A DNA stretch of 32,000 nucleotides from Methylorubrum extorquens. Its GTDB lineage: Bacteria > Pseudomonadota > Alphaproteobacteria > Rhizobiales > Beijerinckiaceae. The stretch covers positions 5,640,001 through 5,672,000 of the forward strand of contig LT962688.1 in assembly GCA_900234795.1 (NCBI GenBank), written 5' to 3'. Below, piece by piece: positions 1 through 9,594 of the stretch (its first letter is position 1; each line of letters opens with the position of its first letter). The notes under the pieces were generated by a model. It searched no databases and was not told where the DNA came from. It saw only the letters and a program-made list of their open reading frames with translations. A program made the position numbers and the translations under genes.

Positions 1-8
1 TGCCCCTG

Positions 9-290
9 TTATCGCCTTGGGCCACCAGAGGTCATGCCGTAATTGGGCACATAGCGGTCATTGAGTTCCGCGTTGCCCTCTTTGTCTGAGCGATCGATGC
101 CGCGGTTCCAATGTGTGCCGATGGAGCCGGTCGTGAGGTCATCGAAGGCGTGCGGTGCCGGCCGATCCGTGAAGAAGCTCGACGGCTTTTCACCTCGGAT
201 CGTTGAATAGTTCTGAGCAAAGGCAGGCGGTGAGAACGCACTAACGCCCAGAACAAAAGCGGTGATAGCAGAATTGATACGAGTGTTCAT
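9..290 (-). CDS. small secreted hypothetical protein
   Basis: An internal Met of ORF 9..530 opens with a classic signal peptide, MNTRINSAITAFVLGVSAFSPPAFAQ. The 80 codons upstream of it have no protein-like logic. Stop TAA at 9-11. Confidence 0.4.
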   Translation of the reverse strand: MNTRINSAITAFVLGVSAFSPPAFAQNYSTIRGEKPSSFFTDRPAPHAFDDLTTGSIGTHWNRGIDRSDKEGNAELNDRYVPNYGMTSGGPRR

Positions 291-530
291 AGCACAACCC
301 TGTAAGGCTTGCGCGGTCTCCGTCGAATGGCGGCTGGCCGTGACTTGTTGCGTAGCGGTGAGGTAGGCCTGAACTTTCTGGAATGACGTGCCGTTTGGCA
401 CTGCACCATCGATGCCTTTCTCCTCATCCGATGTATCGCGACCCCGCAGGTTCTCCAGGTTTTCGTCGGCGGCTGGACCATGATGCTGATCGGCAGGATG
501 GTGACCCAGGCGCGTGGCGATTGTGAACAT

Positions 531-848
531 CTATCGCCGCCCGCGCCGGCCAGTATCGCCGATGTGCCGCCGCCCTTCCTCTATGGGCCTTGAGGGGCGG
601 TGGACCTGATACTCGAATTGCGCGATCTCGCCCGCCGCCAGAGGGAGGACACGGACCGGATCGCCGAGTGCGTCCGCATCATCTGAGAGGAGTCGAAACG
701 CCAGACCGAACTCCTCGGCCTCATTGAGCGCGAGCAAGGGATCGAGAACCGGGCTCATCACCCCGGAACCAGCCGTGAGCCCCTGCTTCGTCGCCATCAC
801 CCTGGCCAGCATGCTTGCGAGCGGGAAGCCGTCTAAGGACGCCCGCAC
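531..848 (-). CDS. hypothetical protein (GTG start, no recognisable domain)
   Basis: 105-aa ORF with acceptable GC3 bias. I recognise no motif, so it may be a gene fragment. Confidence 0.2.
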   Translation of the reverse strand: MRASLDGFPLASMLARVMATKQGLTAGSGVMSPVLDPLLALNEAEEFGLAFRLLSDDADALGDPVRVLPLAAGEIAQFEYQVHRPSRPIEEGRRHIGDTGRRGRR

Positions 849-2077
849 CTACCTCTACATCGGCCCAAGCACGCGCATCACGATCCTGCACTAAAGCGCA
901 TGAACCTTACATGTATTAATATTTCTTTAGATTTAGCGCGCAATCACCATATTACTATAAACTTATAAGCGATATTTGCATCGACAAGCACCTAATGTGC
1001 TGCAGGCGGGACAGCTGTTTGCGCAATTGATCGACCGATACGGCTCATCGGGGGCGCCGTCATTTGAGCGTTAGACATTGGCACGAGGATGCAGATCAAA
1101 AATAAGTTACGGGTATCGTAAGCGGTCGAACGTGAGGCGGCAGTCCGACCGCTCATAAGTTGTGAGTTATAAGTATATCGTGCGGCGGGTCGGTTGTGGT
1201 TGTTCGTATTGTATCCGGCCTGTCCGGATCCATAGGCCAAGCTTATGCGAGATGGCGGGATCCCATAGGCAGCCACAGAAATCGAATGGCTGCTGTTGGG
1301 TGCCAAACAGCCATTCCGACAGCGGAGATCGAAGTTCCGAAAGTGGCGCGTAGCCGACCAGTCGGCATGCTAACTCCTGACCCATAGCTGACTATTCGCA
1401 TCAACACTTTGAAGGTCTGCTCTTCGGCCTGAAGCAGACGCGTCACGGCCAGTCATAACGTCAGCAGGTGCGGGCAAATTTGCGACCGGATCGTACCCGG
1501 CCCTAAGGCCACGTCACATCCGGGCTAAAGCTTACTCACACCGACGATAGCGTGCGGCCTGCAAGCCGGGCAGTGCCCGCCTGCGTCCAGGACCGGTCGG
1601 GTGCCCAGGCGCACACTTTAGATCGCAAGCTAACGAATTGTTTGGCTTGCCACATCGTTCGAGGCTAGAAGGGACGAGACATCGACGCGCGGGAGAGAGC
1701 CGGCTTGGACCGGCCGCCGAAGGAGCAACCGCCCCGGAAACTCTCAGGCACCCGGACCGCACGTCGTTCAACACTCTGGAAAGCGGAGCGGCAGCTCCCG
1801 CCGATGGTGTAAGGTGTGGCCTCTCCCGAGGCCGCGTTGAAGCTCTCAGGCCGATGACAGAGGGGGCTCGCACGCATGCGGCGTGCGGAGCAACCTTGGA
1901 GGCCTGCGCGATGACGCCCCCATAGCCCGACACGCCGAGCCCTCGGGCTCGGCACATCCTTCCCATTCGCACCGACCGGCTCACACCGTGGGTCGCGGCG
2001 CCGACGCGCACGGCATCGACCATGCGGTGCGTCCGGTCCTGCGCGTCGGCGCCTCCCCCTATCCTGGATGTCATCCG

Positions 2078-2812
2078 ATGTTGGCCACCCGCCGCGCCTT
2101 CCTCCTCACTGCCGCCGTCCTTGCCCCGGCACGGGCCCAGGCCTTCTTCTGGGATAGCGAGCCTGATCCATCGACGGTGCCGCAGCCGGTCGAGACGCCA
2201 CGGACCCGCGATGCCTGGTACGTCGCCGAGATCCCGGACGAGCCTTTCAACATCCCGAAGGTCGACATGGCCCTCGTCCCGCCGGAGTTCCGCCGACAGC
2301 TCGTGGACTATGACGGGCCGGAGCGCGGAGGCACGGTCGTCATCGACACGCACCAGCGCTTCCTCTTCCTGGTGCGCGAGGACCGCACGGCGATCCGGTA
2401 CGGCATCGGCGTGGGCCGGGCCGGCTTCACCTGGTCAGGCATCGCGGTGATCAAGCGCAAGGCGAAGTGGCCGGGCTGGCGGCCGACCGCGGCCATGCTG
2501 AAGCGCCGGCCCGACATCCCCCGCTACGTCGAGCCGGGGGTCAACAACCCGCTCGGATGCCGCGCCCTCTACCTCTACCAGGGCGACCGGGACACGCTCT
2601 ACCGCATCCACGGCACCAACGAGCCCTGGACGGTCGGCGGCACCGATTCCTCCGGCTGCATCCGGCTCCTGAATGAGGACATCCTCGACCTCTACGGTCG
2701 TGTACCCCTCGGCACAACCGTCATCGTGAGGACCACGCAGCCCGAGGTCATGGTGCAGCGGGAATGGGACGAGCGCTCCCGCGCGGACAACCAAGTCCTG
2801 CTCTTCAGGTGA
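2078..2812 (+). CDS. L,D-transpeptidase (YkuD domain), Tat/Sec-exported
   Basis: ATG 2078 was chosen inside ORF 1883..2812 because it opens with the Tat-like leader MLATRRAFLLTAAVLAPARAQA. The YkuD catalytic signature HGTNEPWTVGGTDSSGCIRL is present. Confidence 0.85.
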   Translation: MLATRRAFLLTAAVLAPARAQAFFWDSEPDPSTVPQPVETPRTRDAWYVAEIPDEPFNIPKVDMALVPPEFRRQLVDYDGPERGGTVVIDTHQRFLFLVREDRTAIRYGIGVGRAGFTWSGIAVIKRKAKWPGWRPTAAMLKRRPDIPRYVEPGVNNPLGCRALYLYQGDRDTLYRIHGTNEPWTVGGTDSSGCIRLLNEDILDLYGRVPLGTTVIVRTTQPEVMVQREWDERSRADNQVLLFR

Positions 2813-2881
2813 GACACTGAGACGAGCCGGAGATCCACCGTACCCACGATGTCGCGCGGCCGATACCCGAGACGAGACACG

Positions 2882-3512
2882 ATGTTCGAGACTGCCACCG
2901 CAACCCTGGACTGGATCGGCGTGATCGTCTTCACGGTCACGGGCGCCCTCGCCGCCTCCCGTAAGGCGATGGACTTTGTCGGCTTCGCGGTTCTCGGCAC
3001 GGCGACCGGCATCGGCGGCGGCACCCTGCGGGACCTCTTGCTCGGGCTGCCGGTGTTCTGGACGGTCCAGCCGGCATACCTGCTGACCTGCCTCATCGTC
3101 TCGGGTGCGGTCTTTTTTTACCGCCCACATCCCGCAGTCCCGCTATCGGTACCTGCTGTGGCTCGATGCGCTTGGTCTGGCGCTGTTCGCCGTGGCCGGG
3201 GCGGAGAGGGCCCAGCAGGCCGGGGCGAGCCCCCTCGTCGCCATCGTCATGGGTGTGGTCACGGCCACCTTCGGCGGGGTGATCCGCGATCTTCTGGGAG
3301 GTGAGAGCCCGGTCATCCTCAGTCGCGAAATCTATGCCTCGGCGGCGGGCGCCGGCGCAGCGGTCTTCGCGATCCTGACCCTACTCGGCGTCCCACGCGA
3401 GTTCGCCTTGGGTATCGGCTTCGCCGTCGCTCTGCTCGTGCGGGCCGCATCGCTCCGCTTCGGCTTGACGCTCCCGCGATATCGCCCGCGCGCCGGCGTC
3501 CCCTACCATTAA
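2882..3512 (+). pseudogene. UPF0126 / TRIC-type (YadS-like) membrane protein, frame broken at a T7 run
   Basis: The two tandem UPF0126 repeats of one ~210-aa protein lie in different frames. Repeat 1 is at 2882..3118 (..VFTVTGALAASRKAMDFVGFAVLGTATGIGGGTLRDLL..). Repeat 2 is at 3120..3512 (..LWLDALGLALFAVAGAERAQQAG..GVVTATFGGVIRDLL..). Removing one T from the T7 run at 3113-3119 joins them. Confidence 0.75.
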
Positions 3513-3613
3513 TGTTGGCCGACCCGTCGCGGCCCGGCGACTTCGAGGCGTCTCGGAACGGTAGTCTTCATCGAAGAACCAACCCTGCGTTCTGATCATA
3601 AGGGAAAGCCAAG

Positions 3614-3713
3614 ATGGTCATCGGCAAACATCGTTGCGGGCTCGCTCTGGCGGCCCTCGTGTCGCTTGCGGCCCTTTCGAGTCCCGGGTTCGCCCAAACC
3701 GATGCCAAGGGGG
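3614..3713 (+). other. out-of-frame signal-peptide leader of the downstream M20 amidohydrolase
   Basis: ATG 3614 is preceded by aagggaaagcc. It encodes MVIGKHRCGLALAALVSLAALSSPGFAQTDAKG, a complete n-h-c signal peptide. After the G5 run at 3709-3713 this frame becomes Arg-rich nonsense, while the M20 frame begins LPSPTEEQLAKL. Confidence 0.5.
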
Positions 3714-4976
3714 TTGCCCAGCCCGACCGAGGAGCAACTCGCCAAGCTGCAGGCCATCTACGAGGACATCCACGCAAACCCCGAACTCTCGATGCAGGAG
3801 AAGCGCACGGCCGGCATCGCCGCCAAATGGCTCAAGGAGCAAGGCTTCGAGGTCACCGAGGGCGTGGGCGGCACCGGCGTGGTCGGCATCCTGCGCAACA
3901 GCGACGGCCCGACCGTGCTTCTGCGCGCCGATATGGACGCGTTGCCGATGAAGGAGAACACGGGCCTTCCCTACGCCAGCACGAAGAAGGGGACCGATCC
4001 GGCTTCCGGCCGGGAGACGGCGATCGCGCATTCCTGCGGCCACGACCTGCACGTCACATGGCTGATGGGCGCGACCCAGATCCTGGCCGCGAACAAGGAC
4101 ACGTGGCGCGGCACCGTCATGGCCGTGTTCCAGCCGGGCGAGGAGATCGGCGAGGGTGCCAAGGCCATGGTCGACGACGGCATGGTGAAGCGCTTCCCGC
4201 GGCCGGTCGTCACGTTGGGCCAGCACGTGCTGCCGTTCCCGGCCGGGCAGGTGCGCCTCGCCAGCGGCCCCGTACTGTCCCAGAGCGACAGCCTCAAGGT
4301 GACGCTGTACGGCCGCGGCGGGCACGGGTCCGGCCCGGAATCGACCATCGATCCGGTGGTGATGGCCGCCGCGACGGTGATGCGGCTGCAGACCATCGTC
4401 TCGCGCGAGGTCTCCATGACCGACAGCGCCGTGGTGTCGGTCGGGTCGATGCAGGCCGGCTCCAGCGCCAACATCATTCCGGACCAAGCCGAGCTTCAAC
4501 TCAACGTCCGAACCTACGACGAAGGAGTGCGGGACAAGATTCTCGCGTCGATCAAGCGGGTCGTCGATGGAGAGGCCTCCATCTCCGGCGCGCCGAAGCC
4601 GCCCCTCCTCACGATGCTCGGACGGTTCCCGCTGACGGTGAACGACGGGGAGGCGACGGCCAAGGTGACCGAGGCGCTTAAGCAGCGCCTGGGTGCGGAC
4701 CGGGTGCAGCCTGCCGGGCACGCGGCCGCCAGCGAGGACTTCACCGTCTTCGCCCGGACCTGGGACGTGCCCTCGGTGTTCTGGTTCGTCGGCGGCACCG
4801 ATCCGAAGCGCTACGCGGAGGCCGAGAAGGCCGGAACCCTGAATGCGCTTCCCTCAAACCACTCGCCGGAATTCGCGCCGGTCCTGACACCGACCCTTCG
4901 GACCGGCGTGGAGACGATGCTTGCGGCCGCCGCTCCCTGGCTGTCGCCCTGGGCTTCGGATGCGAAGGCACGCTGA
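3702..4976 (+). CDS. M20D-family amidohydrolase (hippurate hydrolase / aminoacylase-like)
   Basis: Family hallmarks are present: IHANPELSMQE, GVVGILRNSDGPTVLLRADMDALP, HSCGHDLH and FQPGEEIGEGAKAMV. The conservative start is ATG 3702. The true start is probably 3614 if the G5 indel is corrected. Confidence 0.85.
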   Translation: MPRGLPSPTEEQLAKLQAIYEDIHANPELSMQEKRTAGIAAKWLKEQGFEVTEGVGGTGVVGILRNSDGPTVLLRADMDALPMKENTGLPYASTKKGTDPASGRETAIAHSCGHDLHVTWLMGATQILAANKDTWRGTVMAVFQPGEEIGEGAKAMVDDGMVKRFPRPVVTLGQHVLPFPAGQVRLASGPVLSQSDSLKVTLYGRGGHGSGPESTIDPVVMAAATVMRLQTIVSREVSMTDSAVVSVGSMQAGSSANIIPDQAELQLNVRTYDEGVRDKILASIKRVVDGEASISGAPKPPLLTMLGRFPLTVNDGEATAKVTEALKQRLGADRVQPAGHAAASEDFTVFARTWDVPSVFWFVGGTDPKRYAEAEKAGTLNALPSNHSPEFAPVLTPTLRTGVETMLAAAAPWLSPWASDAKAR

Positions 4977-4984
4977 CGAGGCCG

Positions 4985-5011
4985 GAGTCGGGACGCCTGC
5001 CCCGGCTCTTT
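4985..5011 (+). terminator. candidate intrinsic terminator after the amidohydrolase gene
   Basis: An 8-bp stem pairs GAGUCGGG (4985-4992) with CCCGGCUC (5001-5008), including one G-U pair. The loop is 8 nt and is followed by TTT. It lies 9 nt after the stop. Confidence 0.4.
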
Positions 5012-5177
5012 GCTGAACCTTCAACGCGCCGGCTTAGCTTCAGGTCACGGCTTCGACCCGATACGGCGCCCCGGACCGGACGCGATCCGGCTCGCCATAG
5101 GGCCTGTCGGATGTCCCTGACGTCACGATCTGCCTCGCTGTCATTCTCACGTCTTCGCTGGGATCGCCGGCCGCTCT

Positions 5178-6125
5178 TCAACGGGTGGCTGCGCCGCGGG
5201 GCACGGGGTCCGGGGCGCCCCGCCAGGCACCGAACAGGCTGAAATGCGGGGTCTCGCCATCGGGCTCGACTGCGACCGTGGCGGTGCGACCCGCGACCAG
5301 CCGCGTCTGGTCGGGAACGCCGTCGAGCTTGATCCGCACCGGGATGCGCTGGGCGAGCCGGACCCAGGCGAAGGTCGGGTTGACGCTGGCGAGCAAGTTC
5401 GAGCCCGCCGTCCGCTCGCGGTCCTCGATACCGCCCGCGAAGCTCTCAACGTGGCCGGTCAGCGCCTCCTTCTCGCCCATCAGGCGGATGCTGGCCTTGT
5501 CGCCCACATGGATGCGCGGCAGCTTGGTCTCCTCGAAATAGCCCTCCACCCGCAGGGTGTCGCTATCGATGAGCGCCATGACGCCGTGGCCGGTCGAGAC
5601 GTAGCTGCCGGGCCGCAGGCCCATATTGGTGATGCGACCGTTGACCGAGGCCTTCACGGCGGAGCGGTCGAGGTTGAGCTTGGCGAGATCGCGGTCAGCC
5701 ATCGCCTGGCCATAGGCGGCCTTGGCCTCGAGGTCGGCCGCCTGCGCCGCCTCGACCCGTTGCTGGGACGCCGCGGCGTCGCTGAGCTTCAGGTATCGGG
5801 CGTAGTCCGCCGCGGCCTGCACAGCGGTCGCCTTCTTGCCCTCGACCACCGCCTCGGCCTGCCGCAGGGCCAGCGCGAAGCGGTCGGGGGCGATGCGGAA
5901 CAGGACGTCGCCGCGCTTCACCACTTGGTTGTCCGTGATCAGCACCTCTGTGACGAGGCCGGAGACGTCGGGGGCCACTTGAACCACGTCGGCCCGCACA
6001 CGCCCGTCCCGGGTCCAGGGGGCCTCCATGTAGTAGTCCCACAGGGCCAGCCCGACGACGATGGCGGCGGCGACCATCCCGAGGGTGACGAGGAGGCGAA
6101 ACGAGAGGGCGAGGAACCGAGACAT
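5178..6125 (-). CDS. HlyD-family membrane fusion protein (AaeA-like efflux subunit)
   Basis: N-terminal TM anchor, then WTRDGRVRADVVQVAPDVSGLVTEVLITDNQVVKRGDVLFRI (lipoyl-like hairpin), a coiled-coil and a beta-barrel region typical of HlyD/AaeA. Confidence 0.85.
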   Translation of the reverse strand: MSRFLALSFRLLVTLGMVAAAIVVGLALWDYYMEAPWTRDGRVRADVVQVAPDVSGLVTEVLITDNQVVKRGDVLFRIAPDRFALALRQAEAVVEGKKATAVQAAADYARYLKLSDAAASQQRVEAAQAADLEAKAAYGQAMADRDLAKLNLDRSAVKASVNGRITNMGLRPGSYVSTGHGVMALIDSDTLRVEGYFEETKLPRIHVGDKASIRLMGEKEALTGHVESFAGGIEDRERTAGSNLLASVNPTFAWVRLAQRIPVRIKLDGVPDQTRLVAGRTATVAVEPDGETPHFSLFGAWRGAPDPVPRGAATR

Positions 6126-6170
6126 GAGTCTATCCGGAAGGTCTGGGGCGTGGCCGGGCGCGCCCGTCGA

Positions 6171-6380
6171 TCAGGAGGTGAGCGGCACCGCGACCGAGAC
6201 GACGGCGCCCAGCAGCACGACGTAGAGGGCGAGATCGAACAGGGGGCGGTGCCAGACGAGGCGGTAGAATCCAGCCCAGGTCAGCACGCGCCGCAGCGGC
6301 AGGCCAATGACGAAGGCAAGCAGCATCCAGGCCGCCAAACTCGGCACGAAGACGCCGTAGAGGTCGAGTTCACCCGTCAT
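6171..6380 (-). CDS. DUF1656 small membrane protein (AaeX-like)
   Basis: 69 aa with two TM helices (GVFVPSLAAWMLLAFVIG.., LFDLALYVVLLGAVV). It overlaps the upstream FUSC gene by 4 nt and occupies the canonical position between the FUSC and HlyD genes. Confidence 0.75.
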   Translation of the reverse strand: MTGELDLYGVFVPSLAAWMLLAFVIGLPLRRVLTWAGFYRLVWHRPLFDLALYVVLLGAVVSVAVPLTS

Positions 6381-8419
6381 GCCGCGAGTTCCGGATGCGT
6401 GGTCGAAGGCAGGGTCGGACGGTAGGGCGGCGCATCGGGAAAGAGGCCGCGGCGGATGCCGACGAGCCCCATCAGTGCAGCACGCCCGGATGCCTGCCGC
6501 GCATTGAGGGACACGGCGCCGAGCGCACCGTCGATGGTGTCGAGCAGTTCGAGGGCAGGCTTCTCAGCTTGGTCCGCGAAGTGCCGCGACAACGCAGCGA
6601 GAAGCCTCTCGACGGCTTCCCGAGCGGGCTTTGAGAGGTGCCGGCGGTCCCGCCGCAACTCCACGACGTTGATGCCGACGCGCACCTCCGCCAGCAGGTC
6701 CGCCGTCCACTCCGCGTCCTCGGTCGGCAGGGCGGCCAGCCGCGGCGCGATCAGGCCGACCCGGTCGAGCATCAGGGCCGCGAGTTCTAGGCCGTTCTGC
6801 GCGCCCTGGCGCTCGGCCGCGCGGGCGAGGCTGCGGCGGTTGATGGCCCGCAGGCGTCGGGCCGACCAGCCGGCGCCGACCGAGCGGACGAGGCGTGTGA
6901 CGATGGCGGCCACCCACATTCCGACGATGACCGCGACGGACGAATTGGCGAAAGCGGCGAAGTCGCCCGTGTAGCTGCCCTGGAGAGCGATCATGGCCGA
7001 ACCGTTGACCGCCGCGCCCATCGCCAGGGGCGCCGTCTTCGGCTGCGCCATGAAGACCCCGCAGACGAGCAGGGCCGGCGTCAGCGCGAGGGCCAGCATC
7101 TCGAAGGTGGTCGCCAGCGGTAGGACCGCGAACAGGTAGGCGGCCGCCCCGAGGGCGCCGACGATGGCCGAGTTGGCGAAGCTGACGATGAACGGCGCAG
7201 GGTCGTCCTGCGCGGCGAAGAAGCTGCAGCCGACCGCCGCCATCATTGGGGCGGCCGAGCCGTGCGGCCATCCGGTCGCAATCCAGATCGCGCAAGTCAC
7301 CAGGATGGTCAGGAACACGCCCAGCGCCGACAGCAGCGCCATGCCATGGTCACGGTGGCGGATCGTGCGCGCCGCGGCGGTGTAGCGGAAGGTCATGTCC
7401 TCGGTAACCGGCGTCCCGTCGGCGATGTGCCGTTGAAGGATGCGGGCGTCCTGGCGCAGGTCGATGAAGTCGCGCACGCGCGCCAGCAGGCTCGCCAGCA
7501 CCAAGGCATCCCAGGATGGTCGCTCGCCGAGGGCGGGTTCGAGCGCGTCTGCGGCGGCTTTCAATCGCTCGGCTTGCGCCTGCTCGGTGGTTCCGGATGC
7601 AAGCCACGCGGCCATGTCGTCGAGCAGGGAGCGCAGCCTTTGCGGTAGGGGCCCCGCCCGCTCCAGCGTCTCGATGCGGTCCGAGACCGCGGAGGCAATG
7701 GGCAGGAACATCAGCATGTGCTGGCGCAACGTCGCCATCGCCTCCGCCGACCGCTCGGCCCCGGTCATGTCGTAGCGCAGGGGCGTCGCCAGGGCGTCGA
7801 AGGCGACGGCGTCCGAGGCCAGCTTCAGCCGCGTCGCGTGGGTATCCTTTGCCGTGCGGGCGCGGCCGAGGACGTTGATGGCCCAACCCCGGGCGTCGCG
7901 CAGCCAGAGGTCGAGCCGAGCGGTGATCACGGGCGCCACTGATTGCGGCAGCACGACCGTGTTCACGAGGCTAGCGCAGAGGATGCCGAGGGTGATCTCC
8001 TCGGCCCGGGCCACGGCAGTATCGAACATCGTTCCGGGGTCGCCGACAGCAGGGAAGCCGATCAAGGCCGCCGTGTATCCGCCGAGCATCATCAGGTAGC
8101 TGCGCGGGGTGCGGTCGAGCAGCGAGAAGTACAGGCACGTCGCCACCCAGAGCGCGATGGCCAGGGTGAGAAGCTCCGGAGCGTTCACGAGGTTCGGCAC
8201 GAGAGCCACCGTCACCACGGCCCCGAGCAGGGTTCCAAGCACCCGGTAGAGCGCCTTCGAGCGCGTGGCGCCGGCGAGCACCTGGCTGGTGATGTAGACT
8301 GTGCCGAGCGCCCAGTAGGGGTTTGGCAGGTCGATCCAGAACGCCAGGAACAGGGCCAGGATGGCCGCCGCGAAGGTCTTGAGCGCGAACGCCCAGTCGC
8401 GCCAGCCCGGCAGGATCAT
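6377..8419 (-). CDS. FUSC-family (fusaric acid resistance / AaeB-like) efflux permease
   Basis: 680 aa with two blocks of multiple TM helices separated by a long soluble helical region. N-terminus is ..WAFALKTFAAAILALFLAFWIDLPNPYWALGTVYIT.. It overlaps the marR stop by ATGA. Confidence 0.85.
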   Translation of the reverse strand: MILPGWRDWAFALKTFAAAILALFLAFWIDLPNPYWALGTVYITSQVLAGATRSKALYRVLGTLLGAVVTVALVPNLVNAPELLTLAIALWVATCLYFSLLDRTPRSYLMMLGGYTAALIGFPAVGDPGTMFDTAVARAEEITLGILCASLVNTVVLPQSVAPVITARLDLWLRDARGWAINVLGRARTAKDTHATRLKLASDAVAFDALATPLRYDMTGAERSAEAMATLRQHMLMFLPIASAVSDRIETLERAGPLPQRLRSLLDDMAAWLASGTTEQAQAERLKAAADALEPALGERPSWDALVLASLLARVRDFIDLRQDARILQRHIADGTPVTEDMTFRYTAAARTIRHRDHGMALLSALGVFLTILVTCAIWIATGWPHGSAAPMMAAVGCSFFAAQDDPAPFIVSFANSAIVGALGAAAYLFAVLPLATTFEMLALALTPALLVCGVFMAQPKTAPLAMGAAVNGSAMIALQGSYTGDFAAFANSSVAVIVGMWVAAIVTRLVRSVGAGWSARRLRAINRRSLARAAERQGAQNGLELAALMLDRVGLIAPRLAALPTEDAEWTADLLAEVRVGINVVELRRDRRHLSKPAREAVERLLAALSRHFADQAEKPALELLDTIDGALGAVSLNARQASGRAALMGLVGIRRGLFPDAPPYRPTLPSTTHPELAA

Positions 8420-8883
8420 TCCGCGGCCTCGCCGTGCGCGATCCTGTCCCGGGACATGCCGGGCTCGGGCGGGCCGCCCAAATGGTCCTGGATGGCCCGG
8501 AACACCCGCAGGCTCGCCTCCAGGTCGGACGCGCTCACCTTAGAGAACACTGCCTTGCGCAATCGGTCGAGGTCGGCCTCGATCCGCGCGACCACGGAGC
8601 GTCCGGTGTCGGTGAGGCTCAGGACCTTGGCGCGACGGTCGGTCGGGTCCTCCTTGCGCATCACGAGGCCAGCCGCTTCGAGTTGGTCCAAGAGGCGCAC
8701 GAGCGACGGCCCCTCGATCCCGACCGCTTCCGCCAACGCATTCTGGCGCGGCTCACCACCCAGACGTCCGATCAGCACCAAAGGCAACGCCTTCGCCTCG
8801 GAGACGCCGTGCGCTTCCGTGGTGGAATTGGCGAGCCGCCTCCACTGGCGGCCGGAGAGCAGAAGCGAGTGAGTGTAGGTCAT
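8416..8883 (-). CDS. MarR-family transcriptional regulator
   Basis: Winged-HTH core LIGRLGGEPRQNALAEAVGIEGPSLVRLLDQLEAAGLVMRKEDPTDRRAKVLSLTDTG. The start is set at Met39 of ORF 8416..8997; ATG 8913 is also possible. It is the first gene of the efflux operon. Confidence 0.8.
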   Translation of the reverse strand: MTYTHSLLLSGRQWRRLANSTTEAHGVSEAKALPLVLIGRLGGEPRQNALAEAVGIEGPSLVRLLDQLEAAGLVMRKEDPTDRRAKVLSLTDTGRSVVARIEADLDRLRKAVFSKVSASDLEASLRVFRAIQDHLGGPPEPGMSRDRIAHGEAAE

Positions 8884-9594
8884 CCAAAGTTGGCTCAAGC
8901 CCTTCGGCGCCATCGACCGCTTCCCTATGGACAGGGGTTGGGCACATCCCTCAGACCCACGCAATGAATAGCAAACTATCGATTGGTTTGCATCCATTCA
9001 AGCCGGGCCCGATCCTTGGGCGGCCGGACCTGACTTCGTTGGTCGAGCCGTACCCATCCTGGCGTCGAGAGGACGTTTATCAGCGAGCGAGTGCCATTAC
9101 GGCTGTCGCGGCCGCCGCTGCGTCCGGGCAGCCCTCGATTGCACATCTGAGGTCGAGCGAGGGGACGCCATTGAGGACCAGGACTCGTTCTGCAAGGGCC
9201 TGAGCCACGGGCGTGGGGTGGCTGAGGATCAGGTGTTGGAGAACGTGCTGGGCACCAAGGCCTGCACGACCGCCGACGGACGAGGACGCGCGATCGGCTT
9301 CCGGTCAAACCCAGTCTGTGAAGGAGGAGCGGTCTGCCGGTGATCGGACGTTCCGAGTGTCTGCAATGGGGCGAGATCGGCGGCTCGGCTCCTGCCGGCC
9401 CAAGGTCAGCTCATGGCGCGATCCGGACACTCGGCATCCATTGACCAAACTACCGCTTTCAACCCATTGCGGCTGTCGGAGACGTCCGCATTCCAGCGCA
9501 AGGCTAGCTACGAAACCTGCGGTCAGGGTGATGTGGGACGACCCGCCCCCGGGAGAGCGGCATGCGGAGACTGATGTCGCCTGTCTGAATTCCC

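Noticed and set aside
1077-1092. TGGCACGAGGATGCA, a sigma54-like sequence
   Set aside because: The GG-to-GC spacing is 9 nt rather than 10, and there is no downstream gene in a sensible position.
3614-4681. 355-aa ORF overlapping the amidohydrolase gene in another frame
   Set aside because: Only the first ~32 codons (the signal peptide) look real. The rest is Arg/Gly/His-rich, low-complexity translation typical of an off-frame reading of a high-GC gene.
3618-4721. 367-aa antisense ORF opposite the M20 amidohydrolase
   Set aside because: High-GC shadow ORF with no motifs. The sense strand carries unmistakable M20D blocks.
5244-6425. 393-aa plus-strand ORF across the HlyD and DUF1656 genes
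   Set aside because: Antisense shadow. It is Arg/Gly/Asp-rich, and the minus strand encodes well-recognised efflux components.
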